The notes under the pieces: generated by a model
What the model was told of the DNA's origin: nothing
The model's database searches: none
What the model saw: the letters and a program-made list of their open reading frames with translations, nothing else
Shown: one piece after another, positions 59,619 through 64,000 of the stretch
Position numbering within the stretch: the stretch's first letter is position 1
Layout: every line of letters starts with the position of its first letter
Made by a program: the position numbers and the translations under genes
Assembly (NCBI RefSeq): GCF_009914755.1
Contig: NC_060934.1
Length of the DNA: 64,000 nucleotides
Strand: one strand, 5' to 3'
Origin: the human T2T-CHM13v2.0 reference genome, Homo sapiens

Positions 59619-62411
59619 AGTAAGATATTTTGGTGTCTTCTTCAGATAAGAAGACAGTCAAGAATCACCTGTCATTTGAGGAAAGCTCCTATTAAGAAAG
59701 AAAAACAACTTGGAAGAAATAGAGGCTGTTCAGGGGAAAGAAAACTTCAAGAAAAACTGTCATTAATATCCTCAGAGAGACGAGAGAAATTGTTGCATAA
59801 CTGAAACAAAAAGAAATGTAAAAATGAATATTCAGCAAACAAAAATAGACTTGGAAATTAAACACACAATAAGAATAAAAACTCACTAGATTAAGAGGAT
59901 AAAAAGACATACCAAAGGCTGGGAGAAAATATTTGCAAACATATATCCTATAAAGAACTTATATTCAAAATATTCAAAAAACTCTTACAACTCAATAATA
60001 AGAAAACAAATAACCCAATTTAAAAATTGGTAAAATACCTGAAGAGTTACCTCTTCAAAGAAGATACACGGATGGTAAATAAGCAAGTGAAAAGATAATC
60101 AGCATCATATGTCATTAGGGAATTTCAAATCAAAATAGCAATGAGATATCACTTCATACCTATTAGAATGGCTAAAATCCAAACACCACAACCTGAAATG
60201 CTGGTGAGAACTGAGGCAACAGGAACTCTCATTCATTGCTGGTGGGAATGGAAAATGGCATAGCCATTTTGGAGAACAATCTGGAAGCTTCTTACAAAGC
60301 TAACCATATGAGCTTACCATATGATCTAGCTCCTTGGTATTTACCCAAATGAGTTGAAAACTGATGTCCACACAAAAACCTTTATACGAATGTTTACAGC
60401 AACTTTATTCATAATTGCCAAAAACTGGAAGTAACTGAGTTATCCTCCAATAGGTGAATTGATAAACAAACTGTGGTATATCCATATAATGGAATATTAT
60501 TCAGTGATAAAAAGAAATGATTATCAAGCTATGGAAAAAACATGAAGGAACCGTAAATGTATATTACTAAGTGAAAGAGGCCAATGTGAACAGGCTACAT
60601 ACAATATAATTCCAAAATATGGCATTCTGGAAAAGACAAAACTATAGAGAAGCTAATAATTTCAACTGCCTAAAGTTTGGGGGTCAGAGGAAGGAAGGGA
60701 TAAGTAGGAAGAACACATTTTTTCAGGGGATTGAAAATATAATATTCTGCATGAAGTATGTAATGGTTGATACATGACATATATTTGTCACAACCCATTG
60801 AATGCACAATACAAAGACTGAGCCCTTATGTAAACTAGAGGCTCTAGTTAATAATAATATAGCAATACTAGCTTATCAGGTGTGACAAACGTACCACACT
60901 AATGCATGATGTTAATTGGGGAAGTTGTGTGTGGAGGAAGAGGTGCTGTGGGGGAGCTCTAGATTTTCTGTTCAATTTGTCTGGAAACTTGAAACTGCTC
61001 TGGAAAGAAGATCTGCTGGCCAGGAGTGGTGGCTCATGCCTGTAATCCCAGCACTTTGGGAGGCTGAGGCGGGCAGATCAGGAGGTAAAGAGATCAAGAC
61101 CATCCTGGCCAACGTGGTGAAACCCCATCTCTACTAAAAATACACAAATTAGCTGGGCTTGGTGGCTCGCGCCTGTAGTCCCAGCTACTTGGGAGGCTGA
61201 GGCAGGAGAATGCTTCAACCCGGGATGCGGAGGTTGCAGTGAGCCAGGATTGTGCCACTGCATTCCAGCCTGGGTGACAGAGCAGGACTCTGTCTTAAAA
61301 AAAAAAAATCTGTTAAGTTTTCAAACAAGAATGTGTAAATTTAAGAAAGAAAAAGATTCATTAGAAAGGAAAATGAAATTCAGAAACTCTGTCAGAAAGT
61401 AGAGAAAAAAATATAGACATTGAAATCAAGAAAGAAAAGATGAGAAAATCAAAGGACAAGTTCAAGGTCCAACATCTGACCAATAGAAGCACCAGAAACA
61501 GAGCAGAGAGAATGCTGGGGAAGACAGTCATCAAAAAATGACTCAGGAAATGTTCCTAGAACTGAAAGACATCCATTCTCAGATCAAAAAGACTCAGCAG
61601 GAGTCCTGCACAATTGATGAAAATAGATCCCCAACAAGAGACAAGATGATGAAATGTTGGAACATTTGGAGGAAGAAGAAGATGCTTAAAGATGACAGAG
61701 ATACAAACAGGTTACATAGAAAGAATCAGTCATTGCGAGGGCATTAGACTTTGCCAGGCACACAGTAGCTAGGAGGCAGTGCAGGAATGCCTTCAAAATT
61801 TTGAGGGCAGATTATTTTCAAACTCAAATTCTATGTCCAGCAAAATTATCAATCAAGTGTGAGGGTAGAGTAAGAATATTTTTAGGTATTTGCCTCAACA
61901 GCCCCCACTTGCAGGAGCTACTAGAAGAAGCGCCCCACCCAAAATGAGGGTGTAAACGAAGAAAGAGAAAGACTTGGCATCCAGAAAACAGATGTAACAC
62001 AAGAGAGACAAAGAACAAAGGCGAAAGAAGATCCCTGTGGCCAACTGTGCAGTGAGCCCGGAGACAGGCAGCCAAAGAGGAGCTGGTCAGAGGGGCCTAG
62101 AAGGAATTTTTCTAAAAAGACAGAAATGCTAGATTCTCAATTAGGGCTGAACACACTGAGAGGAGATTTACACAGCTGAATTAGTGTTTTGGCAGATAAA
62201 ATGAAGTCTACAAAACATTAAAAAAAATAGAACAAAATGATAATGATTAATTCCAGAGGAGAAAATACTGTTTGGAAGAGAAAAAGTAACTGTGATATAA
62301 TTTATGTCTCAGCTGTCGATAGTGTTTACACTATAATAAATGTGAATCCTGAAAATGGCTCTAACCAAAATTACAACAAAATCAGAATGGGAAGATGGGG
62401 GGCAGCACAGG

Positions 62412-62413
<2 letters not shown>

Positions 62414-62462
<49 letters not shown>
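62414..62462. repeat. (GT)n(GA)n microsatellite
   Basis: Seen directly. Confidence 0.92.
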
Positions 62463-64000
62463 GGGTGGCAAAGAGGATAGGAGAGGTGTATGTCAAAGAG
62501 ACCAGACTCTTATTTTTCACAGTAGAAAGTCCATTGGTAAGTCTTGAAATGGAAAATACAAAAAGTATCAACACAAACAAGTTATTTCGAAATATGAAAG
62601 TAAATACCAGAATAATTACTGTAAAAAGAGTTGAGAGTGATTGCCTCTGGGGAAAAAGAAACAGTGGGAACAGGGTAGGAAACTGGTTCTTGTCATAGCA
62701 AAAGAATAATTTGTCTTTTAAACTACGTCCATAGATAATTATGACAAAAGTAAAAACAAAAATAGAGAAAAAGAATAAGAGAAGAAAGAAGGCTCACACG
62801 TAGACTGTGCACCCACTCTCAGGTAGCACTATTACCAACACCTCCTCAAGCTTTGGCTCATTTAATCCCCACGTGGCACAGTTCCTGTTATCCAGGTGAG
62901 AAAAGAGGCCTAGAGACTCTGAAAACCTGCATGGGGCACACATCTAGCAAGAGATTTGCTCAATTCATCCGTCTCCCGGCTCCCCCAACTTTGGGCAACT
63001 CTTACCAACACATTATTTTTCTTCTGAGTTAGTTCCTGTAAGGAGGAAAGGTCTGGTCTTTTCCCAAAGCCTTCCTGGAGTTCCTGCTGACTTGGGGACA
63101 TAACTCTGTCAGTGATTTAATTCATTCCAGATGGAAGGCTCCACTTGGCTCTTAAAACATGCCTTTGGGAGTGCTGAGATTTGCAGATAAGACTTGGGAT
63201 GAGGGAGGAAGAAAAGGAAGCCAGAGGGTGGCAGAATATGAAGGCTGGGGGTGGGAAAGTCATTTAGGGATGAGTTTGAACCTGATGGAACAGCCTCCTC
63301 CACAGCTGTCAGGCCTGCAGCCAGGGTTTGGGGCCTCGGGCCACCAGCCCAGAATCTTAGGGTCAGAGACACATGCACTCCACCCATTCACAAATTCCCC
63401 AGACACTTCTGAATGCTCAGTGGCAGACACTGGAGTGGGAGTTGCGATGCAGGGTTGAATAAAATACAAACTACTGCCTTGAGACGTTCACAGTCTAGCA
63501 AATGAGACAGCAAAATGGACAAGTGGATAGCGAAATATTTATGATCCTGTGAGATTATAAATATTTGGGACAGAGTACAGAGGGAGGACAAAAGAGAGTC
63601 ATAGTCATGGAGGAATGGACAGTAGGCTGGGTCATGAAAAATCAACGGGCAAATTCCAGGGAGCAAAGTTGGAAGGGATACACCAGGCAGAGAAAAGGGC
63701 AGGGGCAAAGACATGGTGGCCTGCTGGATGGCAAATCATGGAGGCTGGGTGAGAAGGAGCTCTCAGGGTTCCTTGGAGCTGCCCTACACAGCTCGGGGGA
63801 GCTGGTATCAGCAGATAGGGTGTCCACTCCTGGTCCCTCCTCTTCTGAGCGTTGTAACCTCAATGAAGGCGCTTCATCTTTCTGAGCATCGGTTTTTAAA
63901 ATCTATTTATGGAGAAGGTGGTTTTTAAATTAAAAATCAACATGAAAATAATATATCGCATTGTATTGGGAGGGAATTGTTTTTGTTTTTGTTTCTTTAG

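Overview
This is primate genomic DNA, very probably human: an Alu at 44840 carries the AluYg6 diagnostic bases as I recall them. The only protein-coding gene I can support is the 5' half of ZCCHC24 on the minus strand. It has a CpG-island promoter at about 24.7-25.0 kb, coding exon 1 at 24270-24515 (82 codons), a 12.4 kb intron 1, and coding exon 2 at 11638-11838 (67 codons, CCHC zinc knuckle). Intron 2 runs off the left edge and the remaining exons are not in the window. Everything right of about 26 kb is intergenic and dominated by Alu, L1/HAL1, L2, MIR, MaLR/ERVL LTRs and DNA-transposon fossils. I found no convincing new multi-gene system. The best leads are hypotheses: (1) an in-frame GUG/CUG plus hairpin in the ZCCHC24 5' leader that could add an Arg/Gly-rich N-terminal extension; (2) a symmetric, stop-free knuckle exon flanked by inverted Alus (skipping or circRNA); (3) a c-fos-type CArG/MEF2/ETS module in intron 1; (4) an unexplained 73-bp TG...CA insert with a 4-bp duplication inside a MER1A; (5) a very young AluYg6. 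Repeat names come from memory of consensus sequences, and repeat boundaries are approximate unless a TSD is quoted.
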